In this document: positions 1 through 11,100 of the stretch, in pieces
Numbering within the stretch: the stretch's first letter is position 1
Layout of the letters: every line of letters starts with the position of its first letter
Assembly: GCA_043821285.1 (NCBI GenBank)
Contig: JBDRCZ010000040.1
Location: forward strand, 582 to 64,581
Length of the DNA stretch: 64,000 bases
Reading direction: 5' to 3'
Source: Candidatus Omnitrophota bacterium
Lineage (GTDB): Bacteria > Omnitrophota > Gorgyraeia > B26-G9 > JBDRCZ01
The notes under the pieces: generated by a model
What the model saw: the letters and a program-made list of their open reading frames with translations, nothing else
The model's database searches: none
What the model was told of the DNA's origin: nothing
Position numbers and translations under genes: made by a program

Positions 1-3000
1 CATATGTTCCCTAAGAAAAGCTACCCACCCTTGTTCTGCGGCTATTTGCATTACCCGCTCACACCACTCATTTCGCAGCCGTTTATGCTTCTTGAAAATA
101 GCATACTCAATAAGCAGTAAAGAAATAATCTCTGCATACAATCGCTTAGTTGAAGCAGCCTGAAAAATTTCTCTCAAACTATTCTTGTTAATTAACCCTG
201 CCCTACTTGCTTCTACTATTATTTCCATGGTTGCTTCACTCATACTAATCTGATACTGCCTAGCAATGTTTTGGACTTGTGGACTTCCCAAAACTTCAGG
301 CGCAGAAGATAAATTTTTAGCTTTTGTTCCCTGCCCACGTAAAGACACCCTAATATCCTTCTGCAGTTTTACAGCCTTTGTGTACTCATCTCTCCTGGCA
401 TGAAAACCACTGATTATTCTTTCTCCTAAATATTTCTCCGCCTCTTTCGGACAAAGGTCTAAAATATACTGACGCGCGTCGTTAACAACTTTCTCATCGC
501 TATCACGTAACACACTCAACACTAATGACTCCACTATTCGTGTCGGGAAGTTTTTCGGCGCAAAGTGCTCACAAATAATATTTTTCTTTGTCTCGATAAT
601 ATTAACCGCTTTTAATCGTCTTCCTTCTTCCTTTTCATTTACCGCGGCCATTAGAAAATGGAACAGTGAATATTGGAGCATTTCTGGCACGAATGCCCAT
701 TGTTCTGCTCTCTCCCGAACATCATCATTCTCTTCATCTAAAGCTGCACTTGCAAAATGTCCCGCGGCATCTCTTACTATTCCCAGTTGAAAGATTAACT
801 CGCCTGCTCTATTACGTAGTTCTTCTTTTTCATCCATAATAGCTGCTCCTACAAGTGGTCCAACGGTTTCTTCTATAAATTTAGGGATAAGTGCCTCGGC
901 TATTGATCGTAATTCTGGAAAATCTTTAAATTCTGGTTCATCTTTAGAAACCGCAAAGCGTACAACCAGCCCTGCGTATTCTTGCAATGGTTCCAGTTTA
1001 TCCAGAGCCAACTCCCAAACACCCCTATCTTTTGAAAAAGTGCTTGCGTTTCTAATGAGCCTTACCGCTCTCCGTCTACGCTCCCTTCTTGTTTCCCATT
1101 CTTTTTTATTAATGCCTGTCCTTATAGTGCCCTGTTCTCGAACACCGGGAGTTTTACCTGGATCTTCTTCGCCTGACATTCTCCTTTCTTCATCGACAAC
1201 AGGTAAAGGCTGTAATGGTTTCCTGCTTCCTGGGAGAATCGTTGTACTGTATGGACTCTTACCTAAGGCAGGGTAGAAACTATAACGTTCAGGAACAGTG
1301 ATACTGCTATCTTGTTTTTTCAAGATGTAAGTATCTACCAATCCCCGCTCTTTTGGACCAATAAATATAGGCATTAAAGTTATATTGATACCCCTTGTTT
1401 TAAATTCTAAGATGATTTCTGAAACTATACTTTCATCCAGCATGTGCTTTAAATTTGGTCCATGAATATATCCTCCATCCTTTGTAACTCGGATAATTTC
1501 AAGCATAACATCAGCCATTTCATCCATATCAATCGCTTCATAGCTTGTAACAATATCTATTGAACTATCCGGTAAAAAATCTAAATTCCGAGCATCCGCC
1601 ACACGAAATTCAACATTAGAAGGTATGTTTCCTTTCCTCCCACGAACCCCTTCATTTTTTAAATTATAAACGACCTTTATAGCCGTAATCGCTATCGAAT
1701 TTTTCCTTAAATCCTCTCTTAACTTTTCATGCCAAATATATGCAGAAATCTCTTGAGCTGCGCGAATAGCATCGGGAACACGATCAATTCCAATTACTTT
1801 CTTAGGATAGCCATATTTATCTATCTTACCAACTGCGGCAAAAAGAACAGGTATCCCTGCTCCACAACCCACATCTAAAATTATCTTCCCATCGAGTTCT
1901 CCTGTGCTTCGATGTATTGCTCCTATTTGCTTGTGTGCGTTAAACGCTCCAAGAGAACAAACTCTTAATGCAGCAAAGTCCTCTGGAGACATTTTTCCCG
2001 GGCTAGTTTCGTATGCAAACCCTACCATTCCCAACCCAAGATAAATCATTAAACCAATAAGACAAGCGCTGATAGCAAAAAGTGGAAGTCCTATCTGATT
2101 TAATCCTAAGCCGAGAATGAAGGCAGCAAATGGCAAGAAACCAAATATCTTAGCTAAAAGTTCATTGTCTCTTGGAAAAAGCACATTCCCCATCTCATAT
2201 AAATTCAGGGATAATTTAACCATGAGCTGCCTAAATGCTGGAAGATTGTTAACAGCTTGACTATAGCTAATGCTCCCAGCCTGCGTCCAGGAAGGCCAAA
2301 CCTCATCATCAGCAAGCGGCAGGCGCCATGCCTTATAATAACCATAAGCCAATACACCCGAAGTACTCATTACCAAGAGTACTGGCAGATTCATCACTAA
2401 TACTGCAGAAAGCTGGGCTAAGATAGAAACATTACTATCAATTTGCATTCCCCCTGCAATGAAATTCCATACCCCGAACAATACTACTCCTATCTCAATA
2501 AGTGCCAAAACTGCATATGTTTTAGCAAAAATCTTTGCCTGTTTTTTTGTTAGGAAAAGTACTGATTCTGCCCTAAGGGGATTTTTAACGCTATGATTAC
2601 GCTGATTAGCTAAGCTTTGGCTTAATCTACTAAAAAATGTCTCACCAAAATGTGTGCAAAAAAAAGCAACAACAATTTCCCCCTTTTTTTTATGTTGTAT
2701 GATATCTTCTCTTCTTACTTCAAGTTCTTCTCTTGAACCAATCTTATTCAAATCAACCCCGAACTTATCTGCCAATTCAAGCAAGAAGATAATTTCTTCT
2801 ACCGCTTTATTTTTATACCCATCTTTATAGCTATTTATTAAATGCTTACGAATCTTCGCTCGCCATTCGCTAAGTAGTTCGCCCTGAAGGAAACGGTATT
2901 CTATAATTACTATAATCGCATTTTTTAAAGCATCGAAAATGTCCTGGGGATAATCCTTAGCAAACGCCAGAAGACGTAACGCAACCTTTTCTTTTTCTCT

Positions 3001-4923
3001 TTCTTTTTCTTTTTTCTCTTCTTTAGATTTCGGTGTTGTAATAGTTGTAATAACTGTTTCTATATCTCGATAAATACCGAACTCACAATATGCTAACAAT
3101 CTTAACAACATCCCCACAGCCCGTCCTTTTTTAGTTAAGGCATAGGCAACAGGTCTATTTTTAATATCTATTTTCTCAATACAACCTGGGGGAACTATAT
3201 CCATTATATTTTGCCCTACAAGGCTAATTTTTTTCTCCGGTACTTCTCCTCCCGCATTTATTTCTCTCGCTATTTCTTTAGGCCGCACTATCGGGTGATG
3301 CTTCCATGTTAAATTAAATAGTGCTATTAAAATCGCTCTTTGTTTTGGATCAAGCGCCGTTACTTCTGATGAAAATCCATCAGACCGCCATAGTTTTTTT
3401 AACTCTTCTGTATCCCGAAGTGCTGGAGCTTCAACAATTCCTGTTTTCTCAATCCCCTTTGGTGTAAGTTCCCACCGCCCCCGATCGGATGAAAGCAACC
3501 CCTCTTTCTTTAACGCCTGCATTACTGCAGCTACTCTTAATTTTTCTATTTCTGCCCCTTCTGATTTTAACCGCTTAAGTTCATCATAAATTTCATCTAA
3601 TGTAGGAAATCGTCCGTTTTTTTCATAATAGCTCACAAATGCCTTGAGTACTAACTTTCTACTAATTATTTTATTTTCTAACGCCATCTCTTTACCATGT
3701 TTATCCTTAACTAAAACAACTTTTTTCCCTTCTCCCCCCTTACATCCAGAAATAACTAATTCTACCTCTGCCCCGGGAGGAAGACTTAACCGCTGCTTAC
3801 TGTTAGGGATATCTAATCTTCCATCTGAAGGGACTCTCGTACGTAGCTGCTCGGTAGAAGCGATGCCATTAAATTCTTCTTTGCCCAGTTTTTCATACCC
3901 CCTTACCAAACAGCCAGTTTTATCATAAATTCGCCACTTTGCTCTTTCGCCAATTAATTGAGCACACAACTCTCCCCTTAGCCTGCGAATAAACTGTTCC
4001 ATTGGTTCTGACTCGTTCCTTGTTATAATAATTGGCTCCCCTTGCAGACTTAAAATCGGCGTATCGTTTTTATAGGTCAAAAAAACCACGCTACTTATTT
4101 CGCCGTTTTTTGTTCTTATCGCAATACAAGCCTCTTCCAGATTAAGCACTGGGAGTAATTCTGTAAAAATAAGGCCACCCGCAAAACTTAACCTTGCGTC
4201 ATCATCCAACCAAGTTATACTTGTTACATCTCCTGTTTCAATGCGTTGTCCATGAATATTCCTAGTAAAAACATACAATAACTTACCTGTGTTATTATCT
4301 ACAACTATTGAACGTCGTACTTCAACAACTTTATCTCCATGAAAAATATACACTATAGTAATCATCTCTTTTTCCCCAGCCACATAGGTCTCATAGACTA
4401 CTTCACTTCCTGCATATTTACTAAATTTAGGATATGGGTTTGATCCTCTTGGCAACTTCCCGTATTTATCTATCACAGCTTTTCCAATTATTTTTCCACC
4501 ATATTTAATTGTAATCTCTTCAGATAACCCGGCAATCCAAACCGCATCTTTTTTTACCGGTATTTCTAAAACCGCTGGGTCCTCAATGTCTCCGGAAACA
4601 ACAAACACCCGCTCCCGATGATTATCATCAATTTTAATAAAAAGCTTGTTTTGTAATACTGCGGAATAAATAACATTAAGGCCGCTTAAAGATTGTTTAT
4701 GCTTCGCACCTTGCCTAATCTGCCGGTATGCCCGGCGTAAGTTTATACTAAGCTCTACTTCTTTTGCAACATCCGGGCCGGAGATATTTATCGCCGGGGC
4801 AAGATGAGTAAATACCCCCTTCAGATTGCCACCCGCAGCCCATGAAATGTCCAGGCAGAAGAAGGCATTTATTAATATTATGGCTATTAGCCTGAACCAA
4901 ATTGTGCGTGCCAAATTATTCAT
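1..4923 (-). CDS. Giant membrane protein, paralogous family member; 3' end runs off the window edge. Carries the shared N-terminal leader, a multipass TM block and a class I SAM-methyltransferase motif.
   Basis: This ORF is absent from the supplied ORF track because it has no in-window stop. Manual translation of the reverse complement gave an open frame of 1641 codons, from the ATG at 4921-4923 to position 1, with no stop seen. The start is preceded by a GAGG ribosome-binding site. The N-terminus MNNLARTIWFRLIAIILINAFFCLDISWAAGGNLKG matches the leader of the other giant ORFs. The following ~60 aa (HLAPAINISGPDVAKEV...LRRAYRQIRQ) and the TM block (AQLSAVLVMNLP...SGVLAYGYYKAWRLPLADDEV...SYSQAVNNLPAFRQ...KLSLNLYEMGNV) are homologous to ORF 5110..13695. 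It contains the motif ILDVGCGAGIPVLF. Confidence 0.7.
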   Translation of the reverse strand, partial: MNNLARTIWFRLIAIILINAFFCLDISWAAGGNLKGVFTHLAPAINISGPDVAKEVELSINLRRAYRQIRQGAKHKQSLSGLNVIYSAVLQNKLFIKIDDNHRERVFVVSGDIEDPAVLEIPVKKDAVWIAGLSEEITIKYGGKIIGKAVIDKYGKLPRGSNPYPKFSKYAGSEVVYETYVAGEKEMITIVYIFHGDKVVEVRRSIVVDNNTGKLLYVFTRNIHGQRIETGDVTSITWLDDDARLSFAGGLIFTELLPVLNLEEACIAIRTKNGEISSVVFLTYKNDTPILSLQGEPIIITRNESEPMEQFIRRLRGELCAQLIGERAKWRIYDKTGCLVRGYEKLGKEEFNGIASTEQLRTRVPSDGRLDIPNSKQRLSLPPGAEVELVISGCKGGEGKKVVLVKDKHGKEMALENKIISRKLVLKAFVSYYEKNGRFPTLDEIYDELKRLKSEGAEIEKLRVAAVMQALKKEGLLSSDRGRWELTPKGIEKTGIVEAPALRDTEELKKLWRSDGFSSEVTALDPKQRAILIALFNLTWKHHPIVRPKEIAREINAGGEVPEKKISLVGQNIMDIVPPGCIEKIDIKNRPVAYALTKKGRAVGMLLRLLAYCEFGIYRDIETVITTITTPKSKEEKKEKEREKEKVALRLLAFAKDYPQDIFDALKNAIIVIIEYRFLQGELLSEWRAKIRKHLINSYKDGYKNKAVEEIIFLLELADKFGVDLNKIGSREELEVRREDIIQHKKKGEIVVAFFCTHFGETFFSRLSQSLANQRNHSVKNPLRAESVLFLTKKQAKIFAKTYAVLALIEIGVVLFGVWNFIAGGMQIDSNVSILAQLSAVLVMNLPVLLVMSTSGVLAYGYYKAWRLPLADDEVWPSWTQAGSISYSQAVNNLPAFRQLMVKLSLNLYEMGNVLFPRDNELLAKIFGFLPFAAFILGLGLNQIGLPLFAISACLIGLMIYLGLGMVGFAYETSPGKMSPEDFAALRVCSLGAFNAHKQIGAIHRSTGELDGKIILDVGCGAGIPVLFAAVGKIDKYGYPKKVIGIDRVPDAIRAAQEISAYIWHEKLREDLRKNSIAITAIKVVYNLKNEGVRGRKGNIPSNVEFRVADARNLDFLPDSSIDIVTSYEAIDMDEMADVMLEIIRVTKDGGYIHGPNLKHMLDESIVSEIILEFKTRGINITLMPIFIGPKERGLVDTYILKKQDSSITVPERYSFYPALGKSPYSTTILPGSRKPLQPLPVVDEERRMSGEEDPGKTPGVREQGTIRTGINKKEWETRRERRRRAVRLIRNASTFSKDRGVWELALDKLEPLQEYAGLVVRFAVSKDEPEFKDFPELRSIAEALIPKFIEETVGPLVGAAIMDEKEELRNRAGELIFQLGIVRDAAGHFASAALDEENDDVRERAEQWAFVPEMLQYSLFHFLMAAVNEKEEGRRLKAVNIIETKKNIICEHFAPKNFPTRIVESLVLSVLRDSDEKVVNDARQYILDLCPKEAEKYLGERIISGFHARRDEYTKAVKLQKDIRVSLRGQGTKAKNLSSAPEVLGSPQVQNIARQYQISMSEATMEIIVEASRAGLINKNSLREIFQAASTKRLYAEIISLLLIEYAIFKKHKRLRNEWCERVMQIAAEQGWVAFLREHM

Positions 4924-5109
4924 ATGTTATGTCCTCTTAGTTAATTTCAAATGCCAAATCTCAAATGAATCATCCAATAAACAAATATTTTAATCTCAAT
5001 TTCTAATTAACCTAATACTTCTCGTATCGTGTATTGAGTATCGAGTATTGAGTTTTTTATTGTAGTTTTTTTATGCTCAATACGCAATACGCAATACTCA
5101 CGACGGTAC
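4924..5109 (-). repeat. Conserved intergenic module of the giant-gene array (heptamer-repeat hairpin plus ribosome-binding site).
   Basis: Contains gagtattgagtatcgagtattgag - A/T loop - ctcaatacgcaatacgcaatactc, an imperfect inverted repeat of TCAATAC(G/T) triplets. Also contains the shared block aattagaaattgagattaaaatatttgtttattggatgattcatttg. Confidence 0.8.
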
Positions 5110-8100
5110 CTAAATCGCACTTTCCACTAATCCCAACTCTACTATCTGCTTCAGCCCCAGTTCTTCAACAGGGCCGGCCAGCACCCCTTCCCACTGCTGC
5201 GGGGAAACATTAACCCATGCCTCTACAATATCCAGAATATCTTGTGGTTGCCATAAACCAAAAACAAATGCGTCTACCTTTTTCTCCAAAACATCACTTC
5301 TAAGGAACACCCCTCCCGCTAAAGGGACTAAAACGCTTACAAATCCTCTGCTGTGCATTTCTGCCGCGTGGCTATTGCTAGAAGAATATATCTTCCACGA
5401 ATTCCCAAAATGCATAATTTGACCTGGCAAAAGTCCTAACTCCTCAACATAACGTTGAAGCAATGGACCATTCAAAACGTCTTTATAACAATAGTCAACA
5501 TACTCGGCAATCTCCGGATGTTTGTTTTTTACATTGCTAAACCATCGCAACACATTAGGATTCCTGATGGTTATGGCAACGCGCAGTCCCATAGACTTAA
5601 GATTTTTAAAAAGCTCTAATAATCCCTCTATTCCATAACCCTGCAGCACCTTTTCCAAAACCTCTTCAAATTCAAAGGAAACTAATTTGATATCCTGCTG
5701 TGGCGGATGAATAATAAAATAATTACCTGTTTGGGGCATTCTCTGGTAAAGTTCTTCTTCTCTAATAACTCTTGGCTGTCCGTGCTTATTATAGACCACT
5801 ATCTGATCCAATAAATCATCGGAAAGCGGTCTGTAATTTAAACAGTGAATTATCCTTCTTAAAATCTCACGATGCTCTTGCCCGCGCGAATAATAATTGC
5901 TGTTGAGGTTAATAAAAAGCTCAAAGGAAATACCTAATTCCGCCAGTTTAATTTCTAATGCTGTTTTAAATTCTTCCCCATAAACCTCAAAATTTAGATC
6001 TTCACAATACCTGACTATCTTATCTAATATTACCCGGTAGTTTATAAGATAGCGCATTATCTCCCCTCTTTCCGCTTCCCCGCGCAAAAAGCGCTCAAAC
6101 ATAGCTAATATTTCTCTTTCAAACGCTGTGATTCTGCTTGCCCTACTTGCCATGGCTGCTTCCCACTGTTTTTGGTCCCGCAATGCACTGATTCCACGCA
6201 AGGCACGCGGGGTACGTTGCTCAGGCTCTGCTTGTCCATCTAAACTCTCTGCCAAAGGAACACTTCCCAAATATATCTTCCCACTATTATGATAAACAAG
6301 CTGATTTTCATGCCCATCAATACTAATAACTCTGCCGTCTTCCATTTTGTGCTCGCCCAGATACCATCCTTTCCTCTCCTCTTCGTCATAAAATTTCATA
6401 TTCGCTACCCCATAAACAGCAGTAATCCCATATGTTTGAGCAAGGGTTTCTGCATGAACAGAAATAATCTGTGCAACAATATGCACACCCCGAGGAATAC
6501 GGTTTATCATCTGCGGATTAACTCTATCCAAAAATAAAATCACACCATCTACGTCTTCTGGCTGTTCACGTTCATACTTCTCTAATAATTCTTCCGCCGC
6601 CTCAGCGGAATTAGCCACCCATCCGCGAAAAGCACCGCCGCTTACCCCGTGTCCGCGGGCAATTGGTTCATAATCCGGTGAATCCACAAATTCCGGATAA
6701 TCATCTTGAATAATATCGTCATTAGTCTGCGTAAGCCACAACTTCCCGAGTTCTACTGTAAACTCAAAGTGTTGATTATTCCCGAATATCTCTTTCAGCT
6801 GATAAGCATAAGCTAATATCTCTTGGTATATCTCTGGCTGTAATTCCTCAAGTGTCTGTTCGTGTTCAAATACCCTCTCTGTATTACTTAAAAGCACATA
6901 ATTCTGACCCGCCCGGCTCATTACCTGGTCTCCCGTAGATTGAAACCTAAATCTTCCCTGAACCACTTCTCTGCCATCAGGCAAAATTCTTAAAGCCGCA
7001 GCTCCTGCCCCGGATATTTTCCCATCTGCTGTTGGTGATAAATTGCCAAATACCCCTTTCTGCAATATAACTACGCTCCCCCATTCCTGCGAAATCCTGT
7101 GCCGCGCACGATACTCCTGAGCCTCGGCAGAATCCCAGGAAGCATAGACAGTATCAATTGCCAGCATTACTTGAACAATCATATCCTCCGGTATCTGTGC
7201 TCCTTTTCCATGTGTACTCACAATTTCTTTGTAACGCTCACATACCCTAATCATTTCTTCTCCAGACATATCATCCTTTTCATAAATATTAAGCACCTCT
7301 TCAAAATATTCCTCCGGAATTCCCAAAATATGAATAGCATACGCCCGGATAAACTCTGCATAAGTATCATAGGCAAACCATACGTCCCCGGTCTGTTCTG
7401 CTAACTCCTGTGCTTCTTTATCATTCATCCCTAAATTAGGTATCGTAACTAAAAGTCCGGGCAGGGCAAACGCCGAGCCGTTGCGCGCGTATAACAATAA
7501 TTTAAGCTCCGGATACTTTGAATATTCTCTTAACCGGGCAATCTCTCCCTCTACCTCTTCTTTGAATTCTTCTGATTTAGAGATCTCTGGCCGGGTAATT
7601 AACCTTGCGCTGATAACCACCCCCGGAGGAACCGGTATACCCTGCTCAGTCATCCAAACTAAATTAAGCCCCTTCTTACTCCACAGAGAAAGCAGGCGCT
7701 CGCGGGGAATTACATCTTCTTCTTGGCCAAATCTAAAAAACTGCTCTTCCATGACAATCTCATCCGTAGAGTCTCCGCCATCTATAAATTCATCATTACC
7801 CAAAGTCAGCTCATTCTCTAATATCTGATTAAACCGCATCAGCGCATCATCAAAGGCAAGTATTCCGGTATCGCGAATCAGCCCATCAATAAACTCACTC
7901 GCAGCTTGCTCTTTTCCTTCTTCACTAATAACTTCGCTTTCACCCCCAAATTCATCTATTCTTTTTTCAGTTTTTATTCTATCTTGCCACTCCTGTGTTA
8001 AATCCGCTAATTGCAGATTATCCCAGAAATGCCCCATTGCAAAGCGCATGTTTTCATTAATCTTGCGATTAATCTTATGCACTTCTGTACGTAATGCCCT

Positions 8101-11100
8101 GACTAAATCATGCACCTGGGAATATTTCATTCTGCCGTGCTCAAGTTCTTCAATAAACTGCGCAAAATCTATTCCTCCTAAGCCAGATGCATGCATAAAT
8201 TTTGCCATCGAAACTAAACTAGGAACATATTCTTTCAAGTCTTCCATGTCCTGGCATTGATTAATCTCTTCCAACCCCCTTACAATCATCTCTTTCCCCA
8301 ACATAAACATATTATAATCTAATTTCATCAACTCCTCTTTGTTCTCCAGACGATCATTCCGGTCAAATAACAAGTGCTGTCTGATTGCCCTCCGGCACTC
8401 AGCTATTGCCGAAAGAACAGCCTTATGTCCATCAGTATCAATAACCGAAATAAGCTGTGCATATTCCTGCTGCATAAATGATGTCAGTTCCAACATGTTT
8501 TTCTTGCGCCCCTCTCTCTCATTTTCCGCCCCAATTTCTCCTTTTATCTTAGGAACAATAGCCGCGGCAACCACACCATAACGCTCACTCAATGCATAAT
8601 ATAGCCGGATCATATACTCAACCTTCTCTAAGTCAGATGCCTGCGCATCTGGATTAGCTTCATGCAATGCCTTTATGACATCCTCTTCAGACATATTAAG
8701 AATTTCTGCTAAAAAACTATCCCCGGCTAATGATTTTATCTGCCCATTTTCCAAAAGTTTATTCAGCATTTGGTTAATTATTTCGGAATATGTTCGAGTC
8801 TTTTCCGCTCCAATATCTTTTTTTAAATTAGCAATAAGCTCATCTTTAGAATCTCGTATCATATCCTCATTTAATGCCTTCCAAAAATATAAAACTGTTT
8901 TTATTGTGCGCCGGTCTCTTGAACTTCCAGCGTGGTGGATTCTATTTCTTAACAAGGAAAACCATGTACGGCCATATTCTCCTGCATAACCAGCCCCACT
9001 ATCGAGCATAATAGTATTTCTAACTATCCGGTTATCAATAGCAGCATTTGTAACCCCTCCTTTTTTTCTTCTTTCTTCCATCTTTAAAAGATAATAATAG
9101 ATATTTTGTGATTCAGGGGTCAATAGATTAATTGTAGGTCCACGCCCACTCAACAGCTGAAGCAAGTGACTATCTTCTCTCCTCCATAATGGCTCAGCTT
9201 CTATTCCCACTAAATTAGCCTGTAAAAGACAAAAACTTGCTACTGCTTCTTTTTTGTATCGAACATTTTCTAAAAGGCTAAACAATAACGCAAGGTTTTT
9301 TCTACCTATTCTGAGTCTAAAAAGAACATCCATGGCCTTATAGGTTTTCTCTATATCTTTCTCCCTAAAAATTCTTGCTATCGTACGAAATGTGTCGATA
9401 TTAGAATTAAACAACAAAGCCGCCAAAACCTCCAGAAACCGTTCATTTTCCTCCTTAGTATTATTTGCATCAAGATAAAACTCCCAGAACATATCCTCTA
9501 CTCCCTCTACAAAAATTTCTCCTAACCTTAAAAGCATTATTCCTGTATCTATATCAGTTTCTAAGACAAATCTTCTTAAATAATTCTTTAAGGTTTCTGG
9601 TAATAATAATCCAAAAATACTGTGAATATCGCTTGCATCAACACCCAATTGTTCTTTTAAAAAGTAGTTTTCTTCGGACTTCATCTCATCCATCCTATCA
9701 TTCAACTTGCTTAATCTATCCCATCGCTGATTATATGTTTGTATCACTGAACCCAGTTCTTCAAATGAACATATTGGTGTGGTTTGCTGAATGATCTTTT
9801 TCAAAACACCTTCTATCGGGCTATAACCCGCCTCATAAAGCCTTACACTGATTACAAAGGGGGCAATATCTACCAGCACAGGATAGTCAATATCTTGTAT
9901 TATTGACCTAATCTTTTCATTTAAATCTTCTGGAACATCCCATGCGCCTACTAACCCCTGTTCTTTATCAAGCAGTACTTTAAAATGCCTCTTGGATTTT
10001 ATCTCTTCTTCAGCAGAGTCAAACTGATTAGCCGCATTCCCAATCGTCTCAAACTGGCCATAAAAGACAAAGGTTTGATCAGCCCTTAACATCTCCTGCA
10101 TTTTCCCTTGCCATTGCCATTGCCTATTCTCGCACTCAGCAGGATAATCGCTTTTATCAGTAAACACGGGAATAACCCCGCTATCTTCTCCAAGCACTGC
10201 TTGTATTATCTCAAGATAATCCACCCCATTCTTGGTTCGTGCCATTTGGTCAATAAACTCACGCAGAAAAATCTGCAACCTGCTTTTCCAAAGGACTCCC
10301 TCTGCATCTCTATAATAATTTTCCCTAAATATGTATTGCTGTATTTGCCTTGCCGCTTGATGTCCGGCTTTATAACATATTGCCTCATGGAAAAACAGTT
10401 CTGCTAAAAGTTCCATCGGCATTGTACTGATAAACTCCCCAGCTGCCCCAATCTCATTTTCATCACCATACGCCAGGGCAAAATCCTCTTTAGTATATAC
10501 TATTGCCGGAAATGAAAATAAGGCATTGTTTTCATACAACTCTTCAAGATGCTCCAACCCTGTTTTTGCCTGATCTAAATATTTTGGCAGGTTTTCCCTT
10601 TCCCATGCTGTTTGAGCCTGTGGGATATTTGTTTCAAACTCTTCAATTTTAGACCGGATATACTCTATAATCTCGTCAAAATTGGCAATATCAACCGGGG
10701 TAAGCTTACCTCTCTGCTCTTTCCTTATTGTTGCCAATTCCCCAGGTGCCTCCCCACCTCGAGATTGAACAAATCCATGATTATCTGTTTGTGCATTTGG
10801 TGCTATTTTGTTACCCTGAATATCGAATATATGCCCCCTTAACTCTGGGTGAGCGTCAATGATTTCCCGCAAAAGTTCAGCCGCAAATTCATGACTAAAG
10901 TAAAATTCTCCTGCAAAACGTTGAGGAGTATAATTTTCCCCTCGCTGCATTTGCTCAATAGCCTCCTGTTTTGCCTCTTCTATGGTGTAGATTGTTTCAA
11001 AAGGTTCCCTAAACCCTAAAAGAAGTATTCTTAAGAAAAGCAAAAAATTCTGTCGCTCAGAAAAAGGTAAATGAACAACGTGTATCCCGAATCTTGAAAG

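Noticed and set aside
1040-3928. Plus-strand ORFs 1040..1276 and 3644..3928 from the ORF track
   Set aside because: They lie antisense inside the long open minus-strand frame 1..4923, which encodes a coherent giant-family protein. They are low-complexity and have no ribosome-binding site. They are spurious.
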